From IMG/VR virus record IMGVR_UViG_3300032244_000142, positions 1 through 58,301 of that record: a stretch of DNA of 58,301 bases. One strand, 5' to 3'. How positions within the stretch are numbered: the stretch's first letter is position 1; each line of letters starts with the position of its first letter. The DNA is from a virus. Lineage: Duplodnaviria; Caudoviricetes. The notes beneath the pieces are model-generated. The model had not been told where the DNA came from. It saw only the letters and a list, made by a program, of their open reading frames with translations, and made no database searches. Shown here piece after piece: positions 46,601-54,491 of this stretch. Position numbers and translations under genes: made by a program.

Positions 46601-46828
46601 ATTGCGACTCTCGCAAATAATACTTCTTTAACTGTCGATTCTGCTTTCTCGACGATTGCAACTTCACAAGATATTTTTAGGGTGCTAAATAATTCAGTCA
46701 CTTATACTACTCCAGACGCTAGAATATTTCAAGGATATAAATATTTTGCGATAAAAATCTTATTTTTATCAAGTGCTCCTAGCTATTCGCCAAAGATAAA
46801 AAATCTTAGAGGAATTGCATTAGCATGA
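40679..46828 (+). CDS. large virion structural protein (DUF4815/VrlC-like)
   Basis: PYFDDY...ILYRPGRAVQARELTQ.Q, APGADRLKI, FTMRD...RVERLEY, RFKNGILVDPF, DPLSQSF, P.IKNLRGIAL. Confidence 0.8.
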   Translation: MANTNPGGIDFNTSPYFDDYDEDKKFARILYRPGRAVQARELTQAQTLQQVQTKRFAEYFFKQGALVDGCEQNLDLRTSFVKLQSFYNGSAVDVENFSRTVVYGANSGIKAYCGLVSDIEGNDPKTLFVSYATNGTQVLTVNVAPSTLQVGNNITFSTGNTGTIEAWYTDPITGTNKIFVSNTSGILSVTTANTTLSTGSTQVLNVTAVTNYTANTKFDNSETIFTSNVISRSYASAALTNATRNIVDEGLATQQIYEYGSKITISEGVVYVADHFVKNSTQTIILDKYTNDPSYKVGLVPVKSFVDYISDQSLVDNAQGTPNYQAPGADRLKIDTLLTKVALDATTDENEFITVVEIDNGIARKRKTISVDSKLEDVLSQRTQEESGNYTLSDPIVTAREHLLNGNNGGRYTSAEGGNTNLLLIEVDPFTSYVSGYRNQIIAKTPVEVEKGLSTSYVQQTKTQINYGQYIEVKELSGAWDIMESKTVDLYDTAQQVITKLAHSTATVVGTKIGTARVRSIEYLSGNKGTSDARYYLYLYEITMNSGKNFSEVRSVYDSTTPKRFADIVLTTAGAVLQETSFNTMIFPLPYQAIKTIRDSSQNIETSFRFKKKFTVSFSSGVATVATDVVTETFIGTGTLNSTQKNDYYMLVVNNAGANVETTALSGTVTIGVGSNTVTGSSTSFTTQLNVGDLIKVNSLTRQIASITNATSLILTSTHATGSTANTFTKIIPAGDVLSLSDNGGKGSTRSVTVSSPGTASIDIQENATFTADIIVSMDRSSAKEKIKTLSFSSQANINPNTHINGISGPFGLGYGDIYQLRAVYQSSSFAVAATTSNTDVTSFYTLDNGQRDYSYEHGTIKPVAGYVPTGRLLAVFDNFTHDTSQGVGYCSIDSYPINDTITSNTTINTSNIPNFTSPTTKTFYNLRDCIDFRPIKTANTSLNPIDVGTYQVPTFGLRIPDSGSDFDVDLIYYKGRVSKVYINNRGVFGINDGVPVQAGNQKAESPPTKPDTLEIAELIIPAYPSSPSDVKIRLLKNKRFTMRDVAKLNERVERLEYFTALSFLEKQATDTIELDADGFDRFKNGILVDPFTGWAVASTSIDGKDCAIDKKNKFLTCLQDNSNTVGVRYVSATSTTTLNRGNKIMLPFIEVESPGLKQQYASKQLRLAEELNFVWTGELTAVPFTDNFFDTVNDPTKAVVYNDDQGADNWKAIASAWNTEVAPLNQKWLGGTQQSTIVAGTNQTSRVGNLNVTTAVQQNTQVAYNQLAGGNQVTSSTQDVKFDRVVQVEVALWMRQREFVIQARGLKNNSRVYAFFDGIDVTANCYQIELIGSSTIQTLNSKFAANATTGLIELGDENVSWRAIADGANTAQPFTVKNNQIYLLFQVPAKTFYTGQREFKVTDSPTNSEGTTLTSARNNIFAQGIIQSTGTVTINSRPFNVSFNNTNNITNLGRKVVSTQRVEVSSVSIPPPPIRATDPLSQSFYVDPDTYPKGFYLTSIDLYFRTKSQDNNRNVTVELRELENGYPSPQFVSDGDLAIVNNKDILISEDATLPTKFTFQNPIYLNSGNDYCFAVKPENNDPDVAIWVAELGAIDVTNPNKQTRIEQAYNSGLLFTSSNDRTWTAKQNIDMKFTMRIAEFDTTARYAYWNNIPVSTAFEYDGLTPAISDQVLPGTAITYELKTADSTYAVDSDYTTIKNYERLISRSRKQISTTSAETTNGFKSLQLRATLSTTNKYITPYIDDENILFHFDKNIINNAYQTSVSGTVTYGSANNIVVGTGTSFTTQVFPGEYAKFGTQFRRIASVSNNTYLTVSTNFTTANSASQTMTIREEENPTGPYSSQSRYITKVVTLNDGFEASDLVVYLDVNRPPGTSIKVYCKILNENDTDAFDDKFYTSMSLDGYETFSLNSSEYKEEKYVIPTSIKTGGSTLLSGNVAISNVSTTVTGTSTRFIQDLKIGDTIAVGNNREQKIIATLANNTSLTVDSAFSTIATSQDIFRVLNNSVTYTTPDARIFQGYKYFAIKILFLSSAPSYSPKIKNLRGIALA

Positions 46829-47073
46829 TGCAAATTAAAGAAAAAATTTCTATTGCTGATCCAACAAATGGATTTACTGAAAGAGATGTGAATTCAAAAG
46901 CAATTTTAAATACTGATATGAGTTCTCTGTTAAAGTATAAAATTCAAAAAAGAAAAATTCTTGATATTAATCAAAGTAAAGAAGACATTAATGAAATTTA
47001 TAAAGAAGTTGATCAAATTAAAAATGACATTCGCGAAATAAAAGACCTACTATTAACAATAGCTGGAAAATAA
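46825..47073 (+). CDS. small conserved coiled-coil protein
   Basis: RDVNSKAILNTD motif, then a coiled coil; follows the large virion protein. Confidence 0.7.
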   Translation: MMQIKEKISIADPTNGFTERDVNSKAILNTDMSSLLKYKIQKRKILDINQSKEDINEIYKEVDQIKNDIREIKDLLLTIAGK

Positions 47074-47076
47074 AAT

Positions 47077-48138
47077 ATGCCCATTACGAATATCTATTCA
47101 TCTAACACGTTTAGTCAATTTAGACAAGCGTTTAATGATGCTGCTAATACTATCAATACATTATCGGATACCAGTATTACTGGTGTTGGGGCGTTTTCTC
47201 CACTTTCTTCTAATGGTGGATCAACCCCATTTATAAGTCTTAATACATCTTATGGTGATGCACAAAATCCATACGCTACTAAAACTGCCAATCATGTTTT
47301 AGCAGCTCCAAATGCAGCAGGTGGAGTTCCGTCATTTAGGGCGCTTGTTGCTAACGATATTCCAACAATATTAAACGCAATTGTATCAGCTAACGTTACA
47401 GCAAACAATTTGACTTCTGGTCGTGTTGCTATCGTTGGTACTAGTGGTATCATTCAAGATGACGCCACACTAACATACAATACAACAACTGATGTGCTAA
47501 CTCTTTCGGGCACAACAGAATCGACAAGTTCTGGAACTGGAACAATAGTTGTTTCTGGTGGTGTTGGGATTGCTAAAAATCTTTACGTTTCCGGAAATAC
47601 ATTCATCACAGGAAACTTAACTGTATTAGGAACTAATACAGAAATTAGTACAACCCAAATCAACGTCAATGATTCATTACTACAATTAGCTAATAACAAC
47701 ACATCAGATTTAGTTGACATTGGTGTTTTTGGACAGTATAATTCTGGGGCAGCAAATCTACACTCTGGACTTTTTAGAGATGCTTCTGATGGTGTTTGGA
47801 AACTATTTAAGTCGTATTCGACAGAACCAGCATCAACTATAGATCCAGTAGCAAATAACTTTGCATATGCTGATTTGAACGTCAACTCATTAACTGCAAA
47901 TAGTTTTGTTTATTTAAATAATCAAAACGTATTGAGATTTGGCTCTTCAGCGAATGCAAACTATGTCGGACTCAGATCAAGTTCATCTGTTGGGTCAAAT
48001 GTTATATGGACTCTTCCTAATTTAGACGGATCAGCAAATCAAGCACTTATAACAAATGGTAGTGGTGGACTTTCATTCGGCTCAGCAGGCATATCAACAG
48101 GCAAATCTATCGCTATGGCGATAATCTTTGGATCATAA
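47077..48138 (+). CDS. tail fibre protein A
   Basis: Beta-rich Thr/Asn/Gly; VSGGVGIAKNL motif; C-terminus STGKSIAMAIIFG. Confidence 0.7.
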   Translation: MPITNIYSSNTFSQFRQAFNDAANTINTLSDTSITGVGAFSPLSSNGGSTPFISLNTSYGDAQNPYATKTANHVLAAPNAAGGVPSFRALVANDIPTILNAIVSANVTANNLTSGRVAIVGTSGIIQDDATLTYNTTTDVLTLSGTTESTSSGTGTIVVSGGVGIAKNLYVSGNTFITGNLTVLGTNTEISTTQINVNDSLLQLANNNTSDLVDIGVFGQYNSGAANLHSGLFRDASDGVWKLFKSYSTEPASTIDPVANNFAYADLNVNSLTANSFVYLNNQNVLRFGSSANANYVGLRSSSSVGSNVIWTLPNLDGSANQALITNGSGGLSFGSAGISTGKSIAMAIIFGS

Positions 48139-48147
48139 GGAAAAAAA

Positions 48148-48543
48148 ATGGCAAATCCAAATTTGGTAAATGTGTCAACAATAACTGGAAACACAACATA
48201 TCTTACTCCATCTGGAACTTCGTCTTTAGTTCTTTTGCCTAACGCGGCATCATCTAATCAAGTTTTGAAAATTAATCAGATTGTTGCTACTAATTCTAAT
48301 ACATCATTTGCCGCAAATGCTACAGTTTCGATTTATACTAATGGTGGCGTGGCTCAAGGATCTGCTCCATCAGGTGGCACTGCATTTCCAATTGCTTCAA
48401 CAATTACGGTTCCAGTTGGTGCTGCATTGATTGTTGTAGACAAAAGTACACAGATTTATCTATCAGAAAATACGTCAATCGCAGTGACCTCTAGCATTAG
48501 TAATGCACTCACTTATACTGTCTCGTATGAGGTCATATCATAA
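48148..48543 (+). CDS. fibre-associated small structural protein
   Basis: MANPNLVNVSTITGNT...ITVP..A.LIVVDK..IYL.E...SYEVIS; follows the 'AMAIIFG' fibre. Confidence 0.65.
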   Translation: MANPNLVNVSTITGNTTYLTPSGTSSLVLLPNAASSNQVLKINQIVATNSNTSFAANATVSIYTNGGVAQGSAPSGGTAFPIASTITVPVGAALIVVDKSTQIYLSENTSIAVTSSISNALTYTVSYEVIS

Positions 48544-48640
48544 ATGTCACTGCGATACAAGGGGGGAATCATATCGGACCACGCCACCAACTACATCAAT
48601 GAATTCAGCCACTGGGGTGTGGACCCCTTTAATCGTTTAA
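48544..48640 (+). pseudogene. frameshifted remnant of an adhesin N-terminus
   Basis: MSLRYKGGIIS, then after a 1-nt shift TTPPTTSMNSATGVWT, matching the N-terminus of the next gene (MSKRYPGGLISKTP..PTTSSAPGVWT). Confidence 0.65.
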
Positions 48641-48643
48641 ACA

Positions 48644-50074
48644 ATGTCTAAACGTTATCCTGGCGGATTAATTTCCAAAACTCCAGTAGTTCCTACAACA
48701 TCATCAGCTCCAGGTGTCTGGACCCTCGACCAAGCGAGATCATATACTAAGGCTGGGACTTGGCCTATAGGAACAACTTATAATACTTGGATCAGCGAAT
48801 TAATAGGAAGTGGTGATGTACGCTCTATCTCTATCGCAGCAGATTCTTCTAATAATATTTATATTACCGGCTATACTTCTTTAAACGATCCCGGCTATTT
48901 TAATACGATATTAATCAAAATTTCTCAAAATGCTGATATCCAATGGCAGAGAAGTTTAGGAAATAGTACCACTTATGAATACGGTAATGGTGTTGGAGTA
49001 GATTCATCCGGAAATGCTTATATTGCTGGAACAGCTGATTTTGATTATTTAATTGCAAAATATGACACATTAGGAAATCTTCAATGGCAAAGGCGTTTAG
49101 CAAATGCGACATATACTCAGTATTGTAGTGATGCTACAGCAGATGCATCTGGTAATATTTATATAACTGGAGCTATGATAGATCCTGCAGGCGTTACTCT
49201 TAATAAAGCTATAATCAAATACAATACTTCTGGAACCCTTCAATGGCAAAGAAGTTTGGGTAGTAATGCTAATAATGAATATGGATATTCTATTGCAGTT
49301 GATCCAGGTGGTAATTCTTATATTTGTGGGACAACAGATACCGGGTTTTCTAGTGCTAATTTCGATATTTTAATAGCAAAGTATAATACTTCTGGAACCA
49401 TTCAATGGCAAAGAACTTTAGGTGGTGCAGGTGGGGGAACTAATGATCAATTTTCCTATGGAATTGCAGCTGATCCAGGTGGCAATTCTTATATTTGTGG
49501 ATCAACTACTAGTGGTTCCTTAAATGGATCCAATACTATAATAGCAAAGTATAATACTTCTGGAACCCTTCAATGGCAAAGAACTTTAGGTGGCGCTAGT
49601 ATTAACGAAGTTGCTAGATCCATTGCAGTAGATTCTTCTAATAATGTTTATATTTGTGGAGATACAAATATAGACGGTGGTGCCCGTGATGCTTCTTTTT
49701 TAGCAAAATATGATACCAATGGAAATATTCAATGGCAAAGAAATTTTGTAAATGATAATTATGATCATGCAATATATGGTATTGCAGTAGACTCTAATAT
49801 TATTAATAGTATTTATTTTGTTGGATATTATAGTCAAGCTGCAGCTAATAATCGCATATTAATTGTCAAAGTTCCAGCAGATGGGAGTTTGACTGGTTCA
49901 TATACTGTTGGCAATTCTTTATATACTTATGTACCATCTTCTATTGCCAATAGCGCATCTTCTTTTACTAATTCGGCTTCAACTCTTACTAGTTCTACTT
50001 CAACTCTTTCTAATACTGCACCTACTCTTGCTAATGCAGCTATAACTTTGAGCCAAACGACAAAATCAATATGA
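48644..50074 (+). CDS. beta-propeller (SBBP-like repeat) putative receptor-binding protein
   Basis: About 7 repeats of IAVD.SGN.YI.G......IAKY.T.G.LQWQR.LG. Confidence 0.75.
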   Translation: MSKRYPGGLISKTPVVPTTSSAPGVWTLDQARSYTKAGTWPIGTTYNTWISELIGSGDVRSISIAADSSNNIYITGYTSLNDPGYFNTILIKISQNADIQWQRSLGNSTTYEYGNGVGVDSSGNAYIAGTADFDYLIAKYDTLGNLQWQRRLANATYTQYCSDATADASGNIYITGAMIDPAGVTLNKAIIKYNTSGTLQWQRSLGSNANNEYGYSIAVDPGGNSYICGTTDTGFSSANFDILIAKYNTSGTIQWQRTLGGAGGGTNDQFSYGIAADPGGNSYICGSTTSGSLNGSNTIIAKYNTSGTLQWQRTLGGASINEVARSIAVDSSNNVYICGDTNIDGGARDASFLAKYDTNGNIQWQRNFVNDNYDHAIYGIAVDSNIINSIYFVGYYSQAAANNRILIVKVPADGSLTGSYTVGNSLYTYVPSSIANSASSFTNSASTLTSSTSTLSNTAPTLANAAITLSQTTKSI

Positions 50075-50099
50075 ATTCAAGAAAAAAATATTTTTCTAA

Positions 50100-50107
50100 T
50101 ATAAATA
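50100..50107 (+). promoter_or_regulatory. T4-type late promoter for the second fibre cassette
   Basis: TATAAATA. Confidence 0.7.
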
Positions 50108-50157
50108 AAAGTATAGAGAATGTTTTATTCAAAACAACAACAATTAACAAATAAAAA

Positions 50158-51774
50158 ATGCCAATTACAAATATACAATCGAGTAATACAATTGATGAAT
50201 TTAGACTAGCATTTAATGATGCTGCTAATACTATCAATACATTAGGTGGTGATGCAGTTGTAACAGCTAACGTTACAGCAAACAATTTGACTTCTGGTCG
50301 TGTTGCTATCGTTGGTACTAATGGTTTAATTCAAGATGATTTTGGACTAACATATAGCACAACAACAGATCGTTTAACCGTTTTTGGTGGAATTGTAACA
50401 GCTAACGTTACAGCAAACAATTTAACATCCGGAAGAGTTACTATCGTTGGTACTAGTGGCATCATTCAAGATGATGCTGGAATGACGTATAACACAACAA
50501 CTGATGTATTAACAGTTAATGGCGGAATTGTAACAGCTAACGTTACTGCAAACAATTTGACTTCTGGTCGTGTTGCTATCGTTGGTACTAGTGGCATCAT
50601 TCAAGATGATGCTGGAATGACATACAATCCGACAACGGACGTATTGACACTTTCTGGTGGAACTGATGCAGTCAATTCTACAAGTGGAACACTAGTAGTT
50701 TCTGGTGGTGTTGGAATTGCAAAGAATCTTTATGTTTCTGGTAATACATTTATTTCTGGGAATTTGATAGTTTTAGGTTCAAACACAGAACTTAGCACAA
50801 CACAAATCAACGTCAATGATTCATTACTACAATTAGCTAACAACAATACTTCTGATCTAGTTGACATTGGTATCTTTGGACAATATAACTCTGGTGCAGC
50901 TAATCTACATTCTGGACTTTTTAGAGATGCTACAGACGGCATTTGGAAACTATTTAAGTCGTATTCACAAGAAGCAACATCAATTATAGATCCAACAGCA
51001 AATAACTTTGCATATGCCGACTTAAACGTTAATTCTCTAACTGCAAATAGTTTTGTTTATTTAAACAATCAAAACGCACTAAGACTTGGATCTGCAAACG
51101 CAAACTATGTTGGATTAAGATCAAGTTCGGCTGTTGGTGCAAACGTTACATGGACGCTTCCAAGCGCAGATGGTGTTATGGGACAATATTTGTCCACCAG
51201 TGGTTCTGGGACGCTTTCTTGGGCATCTACGGCTAGCGTTCTTCCCGTTGCTAACGGTGGTACAAATGCTTCAACTGCCAGTATTACATCGTTTAATAAC
51301 ATCACTGGTTACACCGCAGCTGGCGCTACTGGGACAACCAGCACCAATTTAGTGTTTTCTACCAGCCCCACACTTGTAACGCCAGTTCTTGGTACACCAA
51401 CTTCTGGCACACTTTCAAATTGTACGGTTGATGGCACCAATCCGGTTGGATACCTCAACATTCCTCAAAATGCTCAGACTGGTAACTACACCACCGTGCT
51501 GGGGGACGCCGGTAAACACATTTATCATGCAGCCGGCGCTGGTGCAGCAACATATACAATTGCTGCCAACTCTTCTGTTGCGTACTCAATTGGTACAGTT
51601 ATTTCATTTGTAAATTTATCTACAACATCCATCAGCATTGCAATCTCCACTGATACGATGTACTTGGGCAACACTGGAACAACCGGCACCCGGACGCTGG
51701 CTCAGTACGGCGTGGCTAACGCTCTTAAAGTTACTAGCACTGCTTGGATTATCACAGGGACTGCTTTGACATGA
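50158..51774 (+). CDS. tail fibre protein B (paralogue of fibre A)
   Basis: Similar N-terminus (MPITNI.SSNT..FR.AFNDAANTINTL) and near-identical shaft; different C-terminal domain. Confidence 0.75.
   Translation: MPITNIQSSNTIDEFRLAFNDAANTINTLGGDAVVTANVTANNLTSGRVAIVGTNGLIQDDFGLTYSTTTDRLTVFGGIVTANVTANNLTSGRVTIVGTSGIIQDDAGMTYNTTTDVLTVNGGIVTANVTANNLTSGRVAIVGTSGIIQDDAGMTYNPTTDVLTLSGGTDAVNSTSGTLVVSGGVGIAKNLYVSGNTFISGNLIVLGSNTELSTTQINVNDSLLQLANNNTSDLVDIGIFGQYNSGAANLHSGLFRDATDGIWKLFKSYSQEATSIIDPTANNFAYADLNVNSLTANSFVYLNNQNALRLGSANANYVGLRSSSAVGANVTWTLPSADGVMGQYLSTSGSGTLSWASTASVLPVANGGTNASTASITSFNNITGYTAAGATGTTSTNLVFSTSPTLVTPVLGTPTSGTLSNCTVDGTNPVGYLNIPQNAQTGNYTTVLGDAGKHIYHAAGAGAATYTIAANSSVAYSIGTVISFVNLSTTSISIAISTDTMYLGNTGTTGTRTLAQYGVANALKVTSTAWIITGTALT
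50257..50661 (+). repeat. three tandem 135-bp (45-aa) coding repeats
   Basis: GCTAACGTTAC.GCAAACAATTT recurs at 50266, 50401 and 50536; a single copy sits at 47389 in fibre A. Confidence 0.9.
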
Positions 51775-53006
51775 GTGGGATTCTTGGTGCATTTGTTGGG
51801 GGCAGCTACCGAACGGTTCCCGGTGCTCCAACAATTGGAACTGCAACTGCAACTGGGTCTACCACTGCTACCGTTGCGTATACGGCACCTGCTAGTAACG
51901 GTGGCGCAACTATTACTACCTACACGGCTACTTCTTCTCCGGGCGGAATTACTGGTACATTAAACACAGCTGGGTCTGGAACAATTACTGTTTCTGGGTT
52001 AAGTCCAAGCACTGCTTATACGTTTACAGTTAGAGCCACTAACTCAGTAGGGCAAGGCGCGGCAAGTGCAGCTAGTAACAGTATTACAACTAGTGCGGCA
52101 AGATGCGCTGTTTTAGTAACAGCCCCCGGAACTTATTCGTTTGTTGTCCCTGTTGGGGTCACATCAATTAGTGTCTACGCCCAAGCGGGTGGCGGATCCG
52201 GTGGCAGTTACAATGCAGGCGCTGGAGCAGCTGGGGGTGGTGGAGGGGGAAGCGTGGTTTATTACAACAACCTCTCTGTTAGTCCGGGGCAATCATACAG
52301 TTACACCGTTGGGGCAGGAGCGCTTTCTCCAGCGGTTGGGTCTAATGGATCAGGCGGCGGGTTTAGTTCGTTCAATATAACGACCTGTGGCTCTGGGTTT
52401 ATTAAAGCGTTTGGCGGAAATGGCGGAGCTACCGCAGCGTGCGGCGGCGATGGTGGCACAAGTAGCGCTCCATCTTCTACCGTAACAGGGGGATGTAACA
52501 ATAAATACGGACGAGGACGGGGGGGCTCCGGAGGAACGGCATGTGGGGGCAATGCGGGTGGCGGTGGTGGCGCAGGCGGAGCGTCCCTTTACCCAGCCAG
52601 CGTTGGTATATTTGGCGGGATCGGAGGCCAAATTGGCATATTGAGTGGCAATGGACGGTCCGCAGCCATCGATGGTTGTTTTGGCGGCGGCGGTGGTGGC
52701 GCTGCTGGCGGATACGGCGGCGGTGGCGGCGGATCGCGGGTTGCTCAAAACGGAGTAACCACTACCGGGGGTGCCACTACCGGAACTAACAACGGTGCTG
52801 GCGGCTTTGGTGGAAGCGGTGGTAGTAATGGTGCCCAAGGCGGCTGCAGCGGTAATGGCATGGGTGGTGGCGGAGGAAACTACTCAGGTGGTGGCGGGGG
52901 CGGAGGTAACGTTGCAGGAAGCCGTGGCGGCGCTGGCGCCGGTGGTATGTTACGGATTGTATGGCCCGGAACTACCAGACAATGGCCTACAACTGACATT
53001 CCTTAA
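51771..53006 (+). CDS. FN3 plus glycine-rich adhesin (gp38-like tip protein)
   Basis: PGAPTIGTATA..GGATIT.Y..TSSP..YTFTVRATNSVG (FN3); F.VP.GVTSISV; long poly-Gly tract; G.LRIVWPG; GC-rich. Confidence 0.75.
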   Translation: MSGILGAFVGGSYRTVPGAPTIGTATATGSTTATVAYTAPASNGGATITTYTATSSPGGITGTLNTAGSGTITVSGLSPSTAYTFTVRATNSVGQGAASAASNSITTSAARCAVLVTAPGTYSFVVPVGVTSISVYAQAGGGSGGSYNAGAGAAGGGGGGSVVYYNNLSVSPGQSYSYTVGAGALSPAVGSNGSGGGFSSFNITTCGSGFIKAFGGNGGATAACGGDGGTSSAPSSTVTGGCNNKYGRGRGGSGGTACGGNAGGGGGAGGASLYPASVGIFGGIGGQIGILSGNGRSAAIDGCFGGGGGGAAGGYGGGGGGSRVAQNGVTTTGGATTGTNNGAGGFGGSGGSNGAQGGCSGNGMGGGGGNYSGGGGGGGNVAGSRGGAGAGGMLRIVWPGTTRQWPTTDIP

Positions 53007-53032
53007 TTTTTAACATTTAGATTGGGTTTACT

Positions 53033-53506
53033 ATGAAATTACTTATTAAAATTGTTGATGGCGCCCCGGTTGGGCACCCTTATTTTGAAGAAAATTTACT
53101 TCAATCTTTTCCAGATGGCATCCCATCTGAGTTTGAACCATTTGAAAGGGTGCAATGTGATTTGGTTCCAACAACATATCAAAAAACCGTTTGTGTATAC
53201 ATAAAAAACGAAAATGGGTTTTGGCAGGATTCTTGGTCTATTCAAGATATGACAGACGAAGAAAAACAAATTAAAGTCAGCGAACTTACTGATTTGGCAA
53301 TGCTAAATAGAAATTACAGATTAACAATAGCAAAGAGAGAAGCTGTTTTGGCCATGGCCAGATCAGATTTGGCTGCGGTAGCAGCATGGGACGCTCTTAT
53401 TGCAAAACTTGAAGCCTATCAAGTTATATCTGTAACCCCATTGATACCGCTTCTGCCAAAATTACTTATGCTTGATGAAAACGGTAATTGGCTGCAGCCA
53501 ACGTGA
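53033..53506 (+). CDS. putative tail fibre assembly/chaperone protein
   Basis: I..G.PVGHP..EENL, W.D.W.I.DMT.EEK; directly after the adhesin. Confidence 0.5.
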   Translation: MKLLIKIVDGAPVGHPYFEENLLQSFPDGIPSEFEPFERVQCDLVPTTYQKTVCVYIKNENGFWQDSWSIQDMTDEEKQIKVSELTDLAMLNRNYRLTIAKREAVLAMARSDLAAVAAWDALIAKLEAYQVISVTPLIPLLPKLLMLDENGNWLQPT

Positions 53507-54156
53507 GCGATCAGGCTTTTAATGTTGAACATTTCTACCATTTTCCCTCTACAGTTTCGATTGTTGATGGTTTAAAGTTTTTGGATGTAGTGTCTTTTGT
53601 TGCAGAAGAAGAACTTGCAAAAACAAAAAGTCAAAACCCAAACTTGGATGATATTTACCCAGTACGAATGACGGGCAATTTTTTTGACGATGAACGAGTT
53701 CGTGAATTTGCGGACTTTGTTGCAACATCTGCATGGAAAGTTTTGACCCATCAAGGTTATGCCACCGACAGCATGGGAATGTTCTTTACTGAAATGTGGG
53801 TGCAAGAGCACCACAAGCATTCATTGATGGAACAACATGTTCATGGCGCTGGATCGCAAATGATTGGGTTTTATTTTTTGAACGCTCCAGAAAAGTGTTC
53901 AAACGCTCTTTTTCATGACCCAAGGCCAGGAAAGGTTCAAACAAACTTGCCGGAAAAAGATTTATCTCAAGCCACTATTGGTAGTAATGCCATTCACTTT
54001 GTTCCCAAACCGGGAATGTTGTTGTTGGCAAACTCATGGTTGCCGCATTCGTTTTCAAGGCACGCATCAGAAGAGCCTTTGTTGTTTGTGCATTTTAATT
54101 TGGGGGTGCAATTTCAGCAGTATTGTGCACCACCACCAGCTGCTGAAATCGTATGA
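53503..54156 (+). CDS. 2OG-Fe(II) oxygenase (TIGR02466-like)
   Basis: MW..., H.H (HVH), G.YFL..P, F.DPRP, P.PG.LL...SWL.H, HFN. Confidence 0.82.
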   Translation: MSDQAFNVEHFYHFPSTVSIVDGLKFLDVVSFVAEEELAKTKSQNPNLDDIYPVRMTGNFFDDERVREFADFVATSAWKVLTHQGYATDSMGMFFTEMWVQEHHKHSLMEQHVHGAGSQMIGFYFLNAPEKCSNALFHDPRPGKVQTNLPEKDLSQATIGSNAIHFVPKPGMLLLANSWLPHSFSRHASEEPLLFVHFNLGVQFQQYCAPPPAAEIV

Positions 54157-54383
54157 ACAAGTACCTAATCCGGTTTAACAAAAGCCGGGGCATGGATGGG
54201 AGGGGTACACCAGACCATGTGTGGCGAGTGTTTGAAAATGACAAGGAATATTTGTTTAAGCATTTCAAATTAGAGGTCCCTGCTGAAAGCGAGATGTCAG
54301 CAGGGCCAGATTGGAACATAGCCTGTCATGGATACATGACTATTGACCGCGAAACCTCAACGGCGATTATCAAAGACAAATAA
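54153..54383 (+). CDS. small hypothetical protein
   Basis: YLIRFNKSRG..GRGT.DHVWRVFE; ATGA overlap. Confidence 0.7.
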   Translation: MNKYLIRFNKSRGMDGRGTPDHVWRVFENDKEYLFKHFKLEVPAESEMSAGPDWNIACHGYMTIDRETSTAIIKDK

Positions 54384-54447
54384 TGAAAGCATTTTTTGAA
54401 TAGACACTCAAATAATCAAGAGCACAATAAATCCACAAAATAAGAAA

Positions 54448-54491
54448 TTCTTCCCTTTATAAATAGAACATGAAATTTATAAGGGGAAGAA
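54448..54491 (+). promoter_or_regulatory. late promoter (54458-54465) inside an RBS-sequestering hairpin upstream of gp13
   Basis: TTCTTCCCTTTATAAAT / ATTTATAAGGGGAAGAA 17-bp inverted repeat; TATAAATA starts in the 5' arm and the SD lies in the 3' arm. Confidence 0.75.

Noticed and set aside
49220-49590. Repeated AATACTTCTGGAACC.TTCAATGGCAAAGA resembling CRISPR repeats
   Set aside because: These are in-frame beta-propeller blade repeats (~160-170 nt period) inside a CDS
47077-51774. Diversity-generating retroelement or invertible shufflon behind the duplicated fibre DNA
   Set aside because: No reverse transcriptase or invertase is in the window; both copies are coding, in direct orientation, and differences appear mostly synonymous rather than adenine-specific
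52141-53013. Several alternative-frame and antisense ORFs (e.g. 52350-52838) in the Gly-rich gene
   Set aside because: GC-rich GGN codon runs suppress stop codons in other frames; no SD or recognisable motifs
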